Shown in pieces: positions 35,501-50,500 of a stretch of 64,000 bases of DNA. Within the stretch, counting starts at the first letter, position 1; every line of letters begins with the position of its first letter. Both the position numbers and the translations under genes were made by a program. The notes under the pieces were generated by a model that made no database searches, had not been told where the DNA came from, and saw nothing but the letters and a program-made list of their open reading frames with translations. The stretch comes from Malacoraja senta (taxonomy: Eukaryota), in assembly GCA_038087875.1 (NCBI GenBank), contig CM075988.1, positions 25,174,001 through 25,238,000 on the forward strand. Direction: 5' to 3'.

Positions 35501-38500
35501 GGAACACCACCGTCTGCATATTGGCATTCTGCACTGACAACAATATCACATATGCACAATAAATGTTTGCCTTAACGGTGATCAGCCCCTGGTTTTATGC
35601 CACTGCTCATGTGCTTGTACACAGGGAAATGAAACACAGTATTTTTTTTTAAATCCTACACTGCAGGCAAGTTCCAAGGACTAAAAGTAAACTCAATTTT
35701 AATATTGCCCTACACTCCTAACACAGCTTTAAAGTTATAATAACTTGGGAACTAATGACCATACCTAAAAAGTAGAGGGGAAAAAGTCCAACATTGACTA
35801 CAACATTGACTATAACATTGACTACAACATTGACTACAACATTGACTACAAATCCGTGAAAATGTAAAAGAAACTTCAGTAAACCATGGATAAGTGTTTG
35901 GCAATGTGGGATATTGTGCACTAGTTCTACTCAAAAGCTCCACAGTAACAGAGTTCAGCTTCGCTTGGACTTCCAAAGTTACTCAATTCCTACAACACAA
36001 TGAAACTGTGCAAGATCTGAGACCCCATTGATTTCAATGAGGATTCCAGCCCTCCAGCTGAGAAGTGTAAGGATTTAGACTTTAGAGATACAGAGTGGAG
36101 ACAGGCTCTTCTGCCCATCGAGTCCGTGCCGACCAGCGACCCCCCATACACTTGCACTATCCCACACACTAGGAACAATTTACAGTTTTTACCAAAGCCA
36201 ATTAACATACAAATTTGTACGCCTTTGTAGTGTGGAAGGAAACCAGAACACCCGGAGAAAACCCACGCAGACACAGGGAAGAAACACTATCTTTAATCAT
36301 TTACCTCTCCTTTAACTTCAGTTTTAGCTCGGTTTGAAGTCTCCGAAGGTCAGAGGCTTTAAAACTTTGACAGAAGTCAAAGTGCCTGTTTCAATTTGCC
36401 TTCTGCCAAGGTCTATCAGGGGTTTTCTGAAGCAGGGAGTCTACACTTTGTCACCCAAAGCCCAATGCAAACAGCCCTCACTGTTCCTTCACCTCTCCAT
36501 ATCCACCCTTGGTAAATACAGGTAGTGAACCAAACAGGGCACAAACCAGCCCCTGGTTTTATGCCACTGCTCATGTGCTTGTACACAGGGAAATGAAACA
36601 CAGTATTTTTTTTTAAATCCTACACTGCAGGCAAGTTCCAAGGACTAAAAGTAAACTCAATTTTAATATTGCCCTACACTCCTAACACAGCTTTAAAGTT
36701 ATAATAACTTGGGAACTAATGACCATACCTAAAAAGTAGAGGGGAAAAAGTCCAACATTGACTACAAATCAAACTGAACGATAATCTCCAAAGACGTACA
36801 GGTTTGTATGTTAATTGGCTTGGTAAATGTAAGAAATGTCCCTAGTGGGTGTAGGATAGAGTTAATATGCGGGGATCGCTGGTCGGCGCAGACCCGGTGG
36901 GCCAAAGGGACTGTTTCCGCACTGTATCTCTAAACTAAACTATGCAGAATGAAAAGAAAAAAAAGAAAAATCTGTCCACAGATTAAAAATTAAAATTATT
37001 TCTGGGTCAAAAAACCTTCTAAAAATACATTGGAAATCATTACATGTTTTGCGCTGGTGTAATTTATGCATTGCTTTATTTTTGATGTACAATAGCATAA
37101 TTGACCATTCTTTGGTACTCTGACAAGTATGCACGTAGTAATTACAGCAGCAAAGCCAAGTATTGTGTTCATTATTAACCATGAATTACTTGTGTTCTGT
37201 GCACTAATTACCAAATTTTCTTGACCTCACCATTGCCAAGTTCATCATAGAGCAGAGTAGCAGGAGCACCACAAATCTGTCCGTTGTACAAGCATCTAGC
37301 CTGTACAGTAAAGGTGTAGTTGTGGCCAAACTTTAGATCAGAAATCCTGAAGATGTTTTCCGTTGTATTGCCAAGGCATACCGTTGTATTGATCTTATGA
37401 TCAAACATGTGGATCTCATAACCCTAGGTGAAACAAAGGACAAGGTGTTAGGTTTTGTAGTTTTTCTTCCATTTCATTTGGTGTCATCTATCCGTAGAGC
37501 GTGCAGTTCACAGGGAAATGCATCGTAGTGCGAATTCAACACACACACACACAAACACAAACATGAGATCGAAGTGGGGCCCGCTGCAACAGCCAAACAT
37601 ATTAACATGGGCTGAAGAATTGCTGCAGGAGGCACTTAATCATTTCTGGTCCAAATGGACAATTTCTATGGCTTTAATTCCTGAATACGTTAGAACAAAT
37701 GTACCGGTAACAATTACAGAGGAAGGGTAGGCATAGTATCAACACTCATACGCCACATGATACAAGTTCATAAGTGATGGGAGCAAAATAAGGTCATTTG
37801 GCCCATCGTCTACTCTGCCATTCAATCACAGCTGATCTATCTTTCCTTCTCAACCCCATTATCCTGCCTTCGCCCCATAACCCCCGACACCTGCACTAAT
37901 CTAGCAGGTATTTCATTCAATAGATATTTGTGATGCAATCTATCTTTAATAATACCATTATGACTAATACTAATTTGAGTTAAGAAAATGCTTAACACAC
38001 ACATTCACACTTTTCCCATTATGCATATTGATTTTTCTCTCCATTTACAGAGAAACAGTTTGCCAAGTACAAATCAAGTTAAAAGCGAGCAACTTAGTGA
38101 TAAGTCTTCTAGTCTTCAGACATGCAAATGCGATCATTGCAGGTACAGTTTTTTCAGCAATGTCAACAAATGTAACGCTGAACATTCCGGAGTGCAACAG
38201 AATGGAAAATATGAAAATTGTCAAATATCGATTCGCACAGATCCGTTTCAATAAATTAATGTCAGCAATCTCATGTAGTTCCATGCCAAGAGAACATTCA
38301 TTTTGTCAACAACATGTCAAGATAATATTTTGGATACTTTTGGGAAATAAACCCCAGTGAATTCTATCGCCAACAAATTTAAACTCTGAAAACATTGACA
38401 CTCCCTCCAGCCACCATGACACCCCCCCCCCCCCTCTAAAGTATGCCCAGCAGGCTCCTACAATTATCCTGGAATTGAGAAACGTGGACTTTCTGCTCAT

Positions 38501-41500
38501 TTCTTTCATTCACTTCCTGCATTACTACTCTCCCCCCCCCCCCCCACCTTCCAATCGCCTGGTCGCCACCCATGTCATCTCAAAAAGGTTCTCTACAAAA
38601 ATTTCTCAGCTATTGCAAAACAGATGATTCATGAATATCTACAGTGTTCGCATGTCACATTGAATCCTAATAATAATCACCAGTCATCATCAAGGGAGGA
38701 GTATTAGATCACTCAATTAGCCATTACACACTCTCTCCATTCATTCAGTGCTTAAGCATCAATGAAAGCAGGGAGAAACAATCGTGCAGAACACTAGCTA
38801 TTTTGGAAACTCATTAAATCTTCTGAAATAAAAAGTATCCAACGTACCTCATGGGAGCTGTAAACCAGAAACACTTCCTCACAAAAGCTTTTATTTACTC
38901 ATCCAGCCTATTACTGTTTATAAAAGAGTAATTAAGTGTACCAAATTCTACTCAATCATCGTAAAGAAGAAATGCCCTCTAGGGAATGATTATTTTGCAA
39001 CACGGATGCAAGAACCTGACTCATCCTATACGTAACTCGCTGAAACATGCAAAGCTGTTATCACTGGGCGGAAGATGGGAGCAAAATTTATGGCAAAGAG
39101 TCAGACAGATCACAGAACCATTTAATATGATGAGTGTCATTTATTTAAAGAGTGAAATCTGTCAAAATGTAATGCATGTACATACAAATGAGTGTCATAC
39201 CAAATGAGTGAGATTTTATGAGTTCTAGTGTATTGGTTACTGTTATTGTGGTGGAACATACAAGCTTCATTTGCTGATGAAAATAGCAGCCATATAAAAC
39301 GCAAAACAAATTATCACAGAACTAAATCACTTATGGAAGAAATCCCAATTACAGCATTAAGCTTAGGCTGCTGCATTGTCATCCTTTCAAGTCTCATTTC
39401 ACTGCTCTCCAATAGAAAAATAACAAAACCAAGAGTCAAAGACTGATTAGGAAGCATGAATAGTGTCTTGAGATGCCTATTAGATAGAATCAGTTTCCAA
39501 CCTCCTTAAGGACACCTTGATCAAGATGCTGAGCTTTGTTCAGCGCAGGCATCTGCACTGTCAATATGTTTAGTCCTTGTTAGTTTAGAGACAGTGTAGA
39601 AACAGACCCTTTGGCCCACCGAGCCCGTGCCGACCGGAGATCCCCGCACATTAACACAAGCCTACACACACTAGGAGCAATTTACACTTATACCAAGTAG
39701 ACAAACTTGGACCCTGAGTATTCACTTGGATCCTTAAAGAAAGGCTGCAGATGCTGGGGATACCCAACAAGTATAGCACTGTACAAGGAGACAAAGTTTA
39801 ACTCTGTTGCTCCTTCCACAGTTACTGCCTAACTGCCAAAGTAACATGTTCTTATATTTCAGATATCCAGCATCTGCAGATATTTGCTTGTTAATAACTT
39901 GGTAATTTAGTCTTCCGCTAAACTTATTTCTCTCCTCAAATCTTTAACCACTTCTTGCACTATTTCTGGTACGATCCTTCTCTTCAAGAACCATCGCATT
40001 ACACGCAGCTCCAATTTCTGTCCTTTTAACATATTACATCCATTAAGGTTCAAATTATCTCATACACCTTAGAAACATAGAAAATAGGTGCAGGAGTACG
40101 CCATTCGGCCCTTCTAGCCTGCACCGCCATTCAATATGATCATGGCTGATCATCCAACTCAGTATCCTGTACCTGCCTTCTCTCCATACCCCCTGATCCC
40201 TTTAGCCACAAGGGCCACATCTAACTCCCTCTTAAATATAGCCAATGAACTGGCCTCAACTACCTTCTGTGGCAGAGAATTCAATCATATTCACCACTCT
40301 CTGTGTAAAAAATGATTTTCTCATCTCGGTCCTAAAAGACATCCCCCATATCCTTAAACTTGTTCTGGACTTCCCCAACATCAGGAATAATCTTCCTGCA
40401 TCTAGCCTGTCCAATCCCTTAAGAATTTTGTAAGTTTCTATAAGATCCCCCCTCAATCTTCTAAATTCTAGCGAGTACAAGCCGAGTCTATCCAGTCTTT
40501 CTTCATATGAAAGTCCTGCCATCCCAGGAATCAGTCTGGTGAACCTTCTCTGTACTCCCTCTATGGCAAGAATGTCTTTCCTCAGATTAGAAGACCAAAA
40601 CTGTATGCAGTACTCCAGGTGTGGTCTCACCAAGACCCTGTACAACTGCAGTAGAACCGCCCTGCTCTTATACACAAATCCTTTTGCTATGAATGCTAAC
40701 GTACCATTCCCTTTCTTCACTGCCTGCTGCACCTGCATGCCTACTTTCAATGACTGGTGTACCATGACACCCAGGTCTCGTTGCATCTCCCCTTTTCCTA
40801 ATCGGCCACCATTCAGATAATAGTCTACTTTCCTGTTTTTGCCACCAAAGTGGATAACCTTCACATTTATCCACATTATACTGCATCTGCCATGCATTTG
40901 CCCACTCACCCAACCTATCCAATTCACCTTACAGCCTCCTAGCATCCTCCTCACAGCTAACACTGCCCCCCAGCTTCATGTCATCCGCAAACTTGGAGAT
41001 GTTGCATTCAATTCCCTCATCCAGATCATTAATATATATTGTAAATAGCTGGGGTCCCAGCACTGAGCCTTGCGGTACCCCACTAGTCACTGCCTGCCAT
41101 TCTGAAAAGGACCCGTTTACTCCTACTCTTTACTTCCTGTCTGCCAGCCAGTTCTCTATCCACATCAATACTGAACCCCCAATACCGTGTGCTTTAAGTT
41201 TGCATACTAATCTCTTATGTGGCACCTTGTCGAAAGCCTTCTGAAAGTCCAGATATAACATATCCACTGGTTCTCCCTTATCCACTCTACTAGTTACATC
41301 CTCAAAAAATTCTATAAGATTCGTCAGACATGATTTACCTTTCATAAATCCATGCTGACTTTGTCCAATGAATTCACCACTTTCCAAATGTGCTGCTATC
41401 CCATCTTTAATAACTGACTCTAGCAGTTTCCCCACTACCGATGTTAGACTAACTGGTCTGTAATTCCCCGTTTTCTCTCTCCCTCCCTTTTTAAAAAGTG

Positions 41501-44500
41501 GGGTTACATTAGCTACCCTCCAATCCACAGGAACTACTCCAGAATCTAAAGAGTTTTGAAAAATTATCACTAATGCATCCACTATTTCTGGGGCTACTTC
41601 CTTAAGTACTCTGGGATGCAACCTATCTGGCCCTGGGGATTTATCGGCCTTTAATCCATTCAATTTACCTAACACCACTTCCTGGCTAACCTGGATTTCA
41701 CTCAGTTCCTCCATCTCATTTGACCCCCGGTCCCCTGCTATTTCCGGCAGATTATTTATGTCTTCCTTAGTGAAGACAGAACCAAAGTAGTTATTCAATT
41801 GGTCCGCCATGTCCTTGTTCCCCATGATCAATTCGCCTGTTTCTGACTGCAAGGGACCTACATTTGTTTTAACTAATCTTTTTCTCTTCACATATCTATA
41901 AACACTTTTGCAGTCAGTTTTTATGTTCCCTGCCAGTTTTCTTTCATAATCTATTTTCCCTTTCCTAATTAAGCCCTTTGTCCTCCTCTGCTGGACTCTG
42001 AATTTCTCCCAGTCCCCAGGTAGGCTGCTTTTTCTGGCTAATTTGTATGCATCATATTTTGTTTTGATACTATCCCTGATTTCCCTTGTTATCCACGGAT
42101 GCACTACCTTCCCTGATTTATTCTTTTGCCAAACTGGGATGAACAATTGTTGTAGTTCATCCATGCAGTCTTTAAATGCCTTCCATTGCATATCCACCGT
42201 CAACCCTTTTAGAACTAATTGCCAGTCAATCTTGGCCAATTCACGTCTCATACCCTCAAAGTTACCTTTCTTTAAGTTCAGAACCGTTGGTTTTTTAAAA
42301 ATTAACAATGTCACTATCCATCCTAATGAAGAACTCAACCATATTATGGTCACTCTTGCCCAAGGGGCCACGCACAAGAAGACTGCTAACTAACCCTTCC
42401 TCATTACTCAATACCCAGTCTAGAATAGCCTGCTCTCTCGTTGGTTCCTCTACATGTTGGTTTAGAAAACTATCCCACATACATTCCAAGAAATCCTCTT
42501 CCTCAGCACCCCTGCCAATTTGATTCACCCAATCTATATGTAGATTGAAGTCACCCATTATAACTGTTTTACCTTTGTTGCACGCATTTCTAATTTCCTG
42601 TTTGATGCCATCCCCAACTCCACTACTACTGTTAGGTGGCCTGTACACAACTCCCACTAGCGTTTTCTGCCCCTTAGTGTTTCGCAGCTCTACCCATATT
42701 GATTCCACATCCTCCAAGCTAATGTCCTTCCTTTCTATTGCGTTAATCTCCTCTCTAACCAGCAACGCTACCACACCTTGGTGTGACTTTATAAAAAGCA
42801 TCTTGGAAATGTAACATTCACTGTACTTCTTTTGTCCATTAACTCCCATTACATCCGTCAGAAGTAATTTGTAAATCTGTGTTAATCATCCCTAATGAAT
42901 CACGCTTGGCTTATTTCTTTCTCCTTGAACTTCCACATCCTGGGGTGTTTGGAGATTCATTTGGCAATGTAGACACCAAAGCATCTCGCCAAGTGTTGTT
43001 TAATAATGTTTGTCTGTAAATATGAGAACTGACCCACAGCAACTTACTGATTCTGCAAATCTCTACGGGTAATTCCTAACATTATCTCATTATATCTCTG
43101 CCCCCAGCAAGCTACATTATCAACATCAGGAAACTAATGTGTCAAAGCACAGTGGTAATCCCAGTGCTGTCCTCAATGCTGTGTAAAGCAACTGATTATT
43201 GTGACTAAGTCTCCTTGTACTTATGTATAAATCTATTCAGATTAGAGAATAAAACCTGAAATTATTTTGTTTTTTATTTTGAGCAAAATTTCATAATGCT
43301 ATATAGAGGAATGAACAATGTTTCACGTCATGGTCCAATGTGGACCTTCCATTGAGGTGTAACCAACTCCCAAAGGGGAAAGTCTATCATATCATTCATT
43401 CTACCCAGTTACAATGTAACATAATAATGGGAGGACCTACATTTTTATTCACTGTAGCAGTGCATAATAATATGCACAATAGTGGAAATATTAACAATAA
43501 AGTTCCCTATTGATTCCTGTGACATTCAATAGTCAATGAGTGTAAATGATTTAGGAGAGAATATCCATCCATGATTTATAAAATGCAATTCACAAATGTT
43601 TATCGAATAGCTTTCTGCTGTCTTAAATATGCATATTTGGCTTATTCGACAGGGCAGTTTAATGCCAAATGACTTTAAATAATATTGGAGTCAGCTCAAG
43701 TAAATAGTTGCAACTTGTGATCATGCTTTAGACTTACCCTGCTGTCATTAAAGCTTCGTTCTTTTAATCTGAGGCTTTTCCAGAACAGCAGGATGTGGTC
43801 TTTTTCTGGTAGAATTTTCAGTGACTCTGGTGCCGACAGAGGAACTGCCACAAGAGAACATGAAATGAAAATATGGACACAATAAGTTATTCAAACTATC
43901 AAAATACCATAATACCACCAGCTGCCTCCGGCAACCCTCCTAACAGACAGAGCTCATTGTTCGATGCATTCCAGATACATTCCTCACAGCATGTCTGCCC
44001 CTGAGCTAAGATCATGGTCAACTTCTACGGGTCATTGTCACAATTCCTGTGGCACAAAATCATGAAGAAAATTCAGTAACGTACTGATCCATTTTGAACT
44101 CATTTGCCAGATTCTGAACTCTGGCAAGAGTGCTCTGGAATCAGGATAGTTGAAGGTGGACAATGGTTCATTCTAGTTATTTTTCCATGCAAATTTCAAA
44201 AAGTAATTAAGTTCCCCGGACTACCCTGATAGCATCTGCCATGTTCAAAACAGACAACGATAGTTCCTGATAAGTGCGCAGATTATTACAATTTTCTGTG
44301 TTTATCACAAAGCCAAACCAAACGTTTTATTTGCACTTTCTTCGTAAATTAGGTCTAATTGTGATTATTTATTCAGCACTATTTTGGTCATTAAAATGGT
44401 AACAAAGACATTAAAAAATAAATCAATTTTTATTGATGTATTTCACACCCAGAGAGTTGAGAATTTGTGGAATTCTCTGCCACAGAAGGCAGTGGAGGCC

Positions 44501-47500
44501 AATTCACTGGATGAATAAAAGAGTTAGATAGAGCTCTAGGGGCTAGCAGAATCAAGGGATATGGGGAGAAGGCAGGCACGGGTTACTGATTGTGGATGAT
44601 CAGCCATGATCACAATGAATGGCGGTACAGGCTCGAAGGGCCAAATGGCCTCCCCTGCACCCATTTTCTATGTTTCTTTGTTTATGATTGCAGAAACACC
44701 ATGGTAGCGGGTTCTGTGTAAGAAGGAACTGCAGATGCTGATTTGAACCGAAGATAGACACAAAAAGCTCATATTTAGCTTGGGCAGCTTACAGCCCAGT
44801 GGTATGAATATTGAATTCTCTCACTTCAGGTAGCCCCGGCATTTCCTCTCGCTCTATCCCTCCCCCACCCAAGTCGCACTAGCTTCTCATTTTCACCCTA
44901 CAAACAGCTTACAATGGCCTGTTTCCTTTATCATCTTTACTTTTTTGCATATCTTTCATACATTGTTCTTTCTCTCCACATCACGGTCTACATCTCTCGT
45001 TTCCCTTATCTCTAACCAGTCTGAAGAAGGGTCTCGACCCGAAACATCACCCATTCCTTCTCTCCAGAGATGCTGCCTGTCCTGCTGAGTTACTCCAGCT
45101 TTTTGTGTCTATCTTCGGTAGCATGTTCTGAGTGGACTTGACAGCATAGAGGTTTGTAAGGACATTTCCCGCAATAAGGGAGTCTTGAACCAGGGGGCAG
45201 TGTTGCCGGGCAGGGGATGAATGACCTAATACTGAGGAGGAATTTCTTCTCCAAGAGTAATACATCTTAGCGAGTAGTCAATATCAAGTCATTAAGACTG
45301 GGGTAGATATATTTCTGCATTACAAGGATCCCGAGAATAATAGGGATCAGCCAGGAAAATGATAATCTTATTGACTGGAACAGCAGGCTTGACATGCTGT
45401 ATGGCCTCATCTCTTCCTATATCCGATAGCAACTACAGTAAAATCAGATGTTCTCTACAACAGTTTGAATATGTACTTCTCCACAGAGATTACTGCTTTG
45501 CTGCTGAAAAGTTAGTTGCATGTATAAATTATATTTTTGCATGGAACTCTGTTAATCTTTTACTTCTTGTTTCAACACAAAACTAAATAGCAACTAACTA
45601 GTGGGAACATCCAAAGTTCTACATAGACTGTAACAGTGTTATCAGAATAACAATTCACAGCTGCAAAGTCTTTTAACTTTTAACATTCCTCATTCAACCA
45701 ATAGCTTCATAGAGACAGCATAATGGTGCGGCAGTGATCTCTGCTGATACACAGCTCAAGGGACCAGGGTCCGACCCTGACCACGGGTGTCGTCTGTCTA
45801 GAATGTACTCGTTCTCCCCTTGACTGTGGGTTTCTGCCAGGTGCTCTCCAGTTTCCTCCCACATCTGCTCGCTTGGCTTGGCTCCTAAAGCCTCATCGCT
45901 GAAACAGAAGCTCATGCGATGAGCAATTCTTTGGAACGAATCTCGAATAATTATGCATTGAAGACCATATAGCTCCATGCAAGCACAGAACCCCAATGTC
46001 CTCCACAACATTCCTCCTTCAGGCAACAGAATCAGAGATATTTTCGGCTACATCATGCTGATGTTTATTTTGCTGGCGGTTCCAATCAATGTTCAACTGT
46101 TGAAAATGTAGTCCTAGACTTTCCCATGCACAAGTCTAGGGCTTGCTGTTTGATTGAGAAGCCCCTGTCTTGTTAGGATTCCCTGGCATTCTAACACGAC
46201 TGAGAACTTACTTCTCTCCTCCTGTACCAGGTACTGGTTCTCGGTAGGTAGAGTGAACCTAGGCAATCTGGCTCATCAACTGCTAGTTTTTCCGTTGTAT
46301 CTCAGTACATGTGACAATAATAAACTAATACCATTACCAACAGTACAAGATGTTCCCTTGCCCAAACAAACCCCAGTCTACCCATATAATATTAGACACA
46401 CTATAAACCAATGCTGCGCTGAAACCAGAAAATGACGTTGGCACAAATGACTGTCAATCTTTCTTTAAGCTTGCAACTAAGGTGCCTGAATTTTTTTTTC
46501 TAAGAGTTATTAATTCCATTGCCTGGTTATATATACACACTCTTTTTATAAAAATATGTTTAGATCTTACAATTTGCATTACCTGGGTTTAGAGATACAG
46601 TAGCTTCTTTGCTCATGTTTAACAGTCTAATGATCACGCTGTACTTTCCACCTGGTTCCAGCTGCTTCACGGCGTATTCCACTGTGTTGTTCTTTGTGGC
46701 CACCTTGTAATGTTTTTCACTTTGACGGATAGAATCTTTTACAAGAATTGCATAAGTCTGGGAAACATAAACAACTTTTGATCAGCGACCAGCACACTGC
46801 GCTTCAGTGATTACAGCAGTAAGAAACTATTTGGCTGTAAAATAGAACCCAGAAGAGTCAACTGTACATGTTTAAAGGGACTGTTTGCATGGCCGGTTAT
46901 CCACACGGCATTTATGGGAGCACTGAATGAAGATGGTTCCTGTTCCTGTTCTGGGGCAGAAGTAGCCTGCTGACAGAGGTGATTGTAATCAGAGACAGGA
47001 ACCACTCTTTCCCTTGGGCACCATCAAAAGGCCTCTATTAATAGTATGCCATATTTTATACTAATTATCTACGCTGCTATGTAAAACAGTCCCAAATCAA
47101 AACATACTCAATTATTGACCACATGCCAGTACTTTAGCACTCAAAAACCAAATTTACCAGGGCCAGTACATTTTGTGCATCACCTAATATATTTAAAACT
47201 TTGCAGTCTTTTCTGGAATGCACTTGTTTTGCAATTTCAGCAGAGAACACCTTAAGGAATTTTTATTTCTTTAGGGAATGAGGTATGCACAAATGCTGCT
47301 GAAATATTTCAATAAAACAGAATTTAAAATCACCAACAAACATAGGAATCACTGAATACTGACTGCTTTGGTTCTGCTTCTTGCTCTTGTCCAGAACTCA
47401 AAAATGCATCACCTGTGTTGCCAGTTTCTCTCCTCCTCTCACTTTCCCTCCTCTGATATGTTCCCAACCATTTGACCTCGAGCTCAGTGAAAGGGTTTGA

Positions 47501-50500
47501 GATGAATATCTATTACAAAGTACCTTGGCTGCACCATGCAGCATCCCATCCAGCTCCCTGCAAAGACCCCATTCCATATTCTTTTCTGTAACCCTGACAA
47601 TGACCCATTCCACACTGGAGGATACCAAGACATCATCTTTGGTCCTCTCCATCCAAGATCACAGGCCTGCCATGCTGCCTATTCCACTTTCCAGATGTCT
47701 GCTTTCACTTCTCTCCCTACAAATTCCCTGCACGGGAGGTCAGGATCGGACCCGGGTCTCTGGTGCTGTAAGGCAGCAACTCTACCGTTGCACCATTTCG
47801 GCCCCCATTCTTTGCACAGATTCTGCCTGACTGAAGTATTTCTACCATTTTCTGTTTTAATATGGCCTCGTTATTTTTTTGTCTGTAGGATTTCCAATGT
47901 TCAGAATTTCTCTGGAAAGGCTGTGGTGCATTGATGTATCTCCATACAAGGTGTCGATACTCACTAAAGTTTCATTCAGTAGGTCATATGGAGGTTGCCA
48001 CTTCAGTACAGCAAATGTTTTGTCCTCCTTCACAACGTGTAAATAGCGAGGTGGCAGTCGGTTATCAGGTATCATCTTAACGGCAATATATTCAGAAGGC
48101 GGTCCTAAAAATGGCTTCACAACACGAACCTAGAAAAATGTGAAAAAATATCAATAGTGAACTCAGTTAAAATTATCCATCTCAAACTTTCCATATCACC
48201 TATACTTTTCAGATAAATATTATGCATAAAACTAAATTAGGACAGCTCATTTAAGTGTAAAACAACTCGAATCGTGTCTCTAGCCAGGAATACATGATCC
48301 AAATTAGAAACTGCCTCTATTTTATACACCCCCTTTGAATGGACTGACTTAACTATCAAAAATTCAATTGTACTGCTTCTTGTCGGTGGATTCTTGATCA
48401 TTGGTAAAGGTTTCTATATAGCTAACATCTTAAACAACCACGAGGAACAGCACCGCATATTTTGCTTGGGCAGCTTACAATCCAGCAGTGTGAATATTGA
48501 TTTCTCCAACTTCATGTAACCCTTACTTTCCCTCTCTCTCCGTCCCTTCCCCACCCCAGTTCTACGACTAGTTTCACTGTCCTTCGGATTGATTTTACCA
48601 ATTGGATGTCTCCTTGTCACCTTCCCCTCAGCTAACAATCCACCATTCTACATTTTCTTTTCATCCTCTGCTTTGATCTGTAATTTTCACACCTCACCCA
48701 TCCATATTTCTAGTCTCCCTCTCCCCGGCTCTCAGTCTGAAGGGTCTCGACCGGAAACGTCACCCATTTCTTCTCTCCAGAGATGCTGCCTGTCCCGCTG
48801 AGTTAGTCCAGCATTTTGCGTCTATCTTTATGAGAATCACGGGATGTGCAATTAGGGGAGCCTAATACACAGCTGAATTGATTTGCTTAACTTTTATTTT
48901 TAACTAACCACTGCATGTATAGTTTAGTTTATAGATACAGCGTTGAAACAGGCCCTTCGGCCCACTGAGTCCTGCTGACCAGCGATCCTCGTACACTGCC
49001 GCTAACCTACACACACTAGGGACAATTTACAATTATACCAAGCCAATTAACCTACACACCTGTACGTCTTTGGAGTGTGGGAGGAAACTGGAAATCCCAG
49101 AGAAAATAGACAACATCCGCAGTCAGGATCGAACTCGGGTCTCTGGCGCTGTGTGGCAGCAACTTTACATCTGCGCCACCATGTTGCCCATGTTGTTACT
49201 TTCCAAAAGTGTTTGGGATTTTTTTTTTTTAAAACAACTCCTAAAGAACCCACACTCCACTCAGCACAATGTTAGTTGTGATATCCAGGGAGGACACCTG
49301 TAAATCACCAAATATCAGCATCCGACATTGGAGGACCAATTTCTCAAGGTCTTCCCAACAGCATCTCTTAGCATTCACATTAGGCTAATCACTCTCTAAT
49401 GTCTGGGAATCTAGAAGGAATCAATCCAATTTAAAAGATAGCAAGATTAAATCTAATCTAGAATTTTAAAAGAACAAATCTATTTTCTCAAATTTCTATG
49501 CAAACATTTTAACAATGTGAACTTCATCAGGCAATACACCGTATCAAGTACAATGAATGAAATAGGTACCAAAAATAGATACTGCTCATCACTGTTCACC
49601 AGCACTGTAACATTGCTCTTGGTTGAATTAACATTTTTTGGATTTCGATACAGTTCCAAAAACGATGTAGCAAAGAAAATACCATAAACCTGTGAAGAAA
49701 AGAAGATTGTTATTCCCAAGTTATCTCTGGAAATTTTGAGCATACCAAACCTATTAAATTTAATAGAGGAATTCGGTTCTTTTTCTGGATATAGAATAAA
49801 TTGGAATAAAAGTGAAATCATGATGTTAAAACCTCAAGAATCTACACACCTATTAAAATTCCCCTTTAAAATTGCAACAGAAAAATGTAAGTATTTGGGA
49901 ATTCAAATTACTAGAAAATACAAAGCATTATTTAATGCTAATTTTATGCCTTTATTAAATAAACTCAACGCGTTGATTAAATTCTGGAAAACACATCCGT
50001 TATCATTAATAGGCAGAATAAACACTATAAAAATGATCTTTTTACCACAAATATTATACCTATTTCAATCTATACCATTATATATACCAAAAAACGTTTT
50101 CAAAAAACTAGACTCTAATATTACCAATTTTATTTGGGACTATAGATCACATAGAATTCAAAGAAAACACTTGTGCAAACCAAAAGACGTTGGGGGACTT
50201 TCACTTCCAAACTTTTTGTATTATTATTGGGCAGTGCATATTAAGAATATAATTTATTGGTTGGACAGTCCTACCCAACAGACAGAATGGATAAGAATGG
50301 AGAAAGAGGATTGTTCTCCTTGTAACATAGGAGCGATCCTCTTCTCCCCGATAAAACTGAACACAATATATAAGAATAACCCAATTATACATAATACAAT
50401 AAGAATTTGGAAACAAATAAAATTATCTTTAAAATTAAGAAACCTATCATTGTTAATGCCAATAGTGAATAATCCTTCATTTAAACCATCTCTTATTGAT

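Noticed and set aside
41130..42377. 415-aa ORF as a host gene or active retroelement
   Set aside because: It is part of a 5'-truncated CR1 ORF2 with a premature stop and frameshifts.
46587..46601. Exon 44 end matches the SINE tail (gtttagagatacagt), suggesting exonisation
   Set aside because: It is a 15-nt match inside an exon whose length, phase and protein similarity fit the ancestral gene; probably chance.
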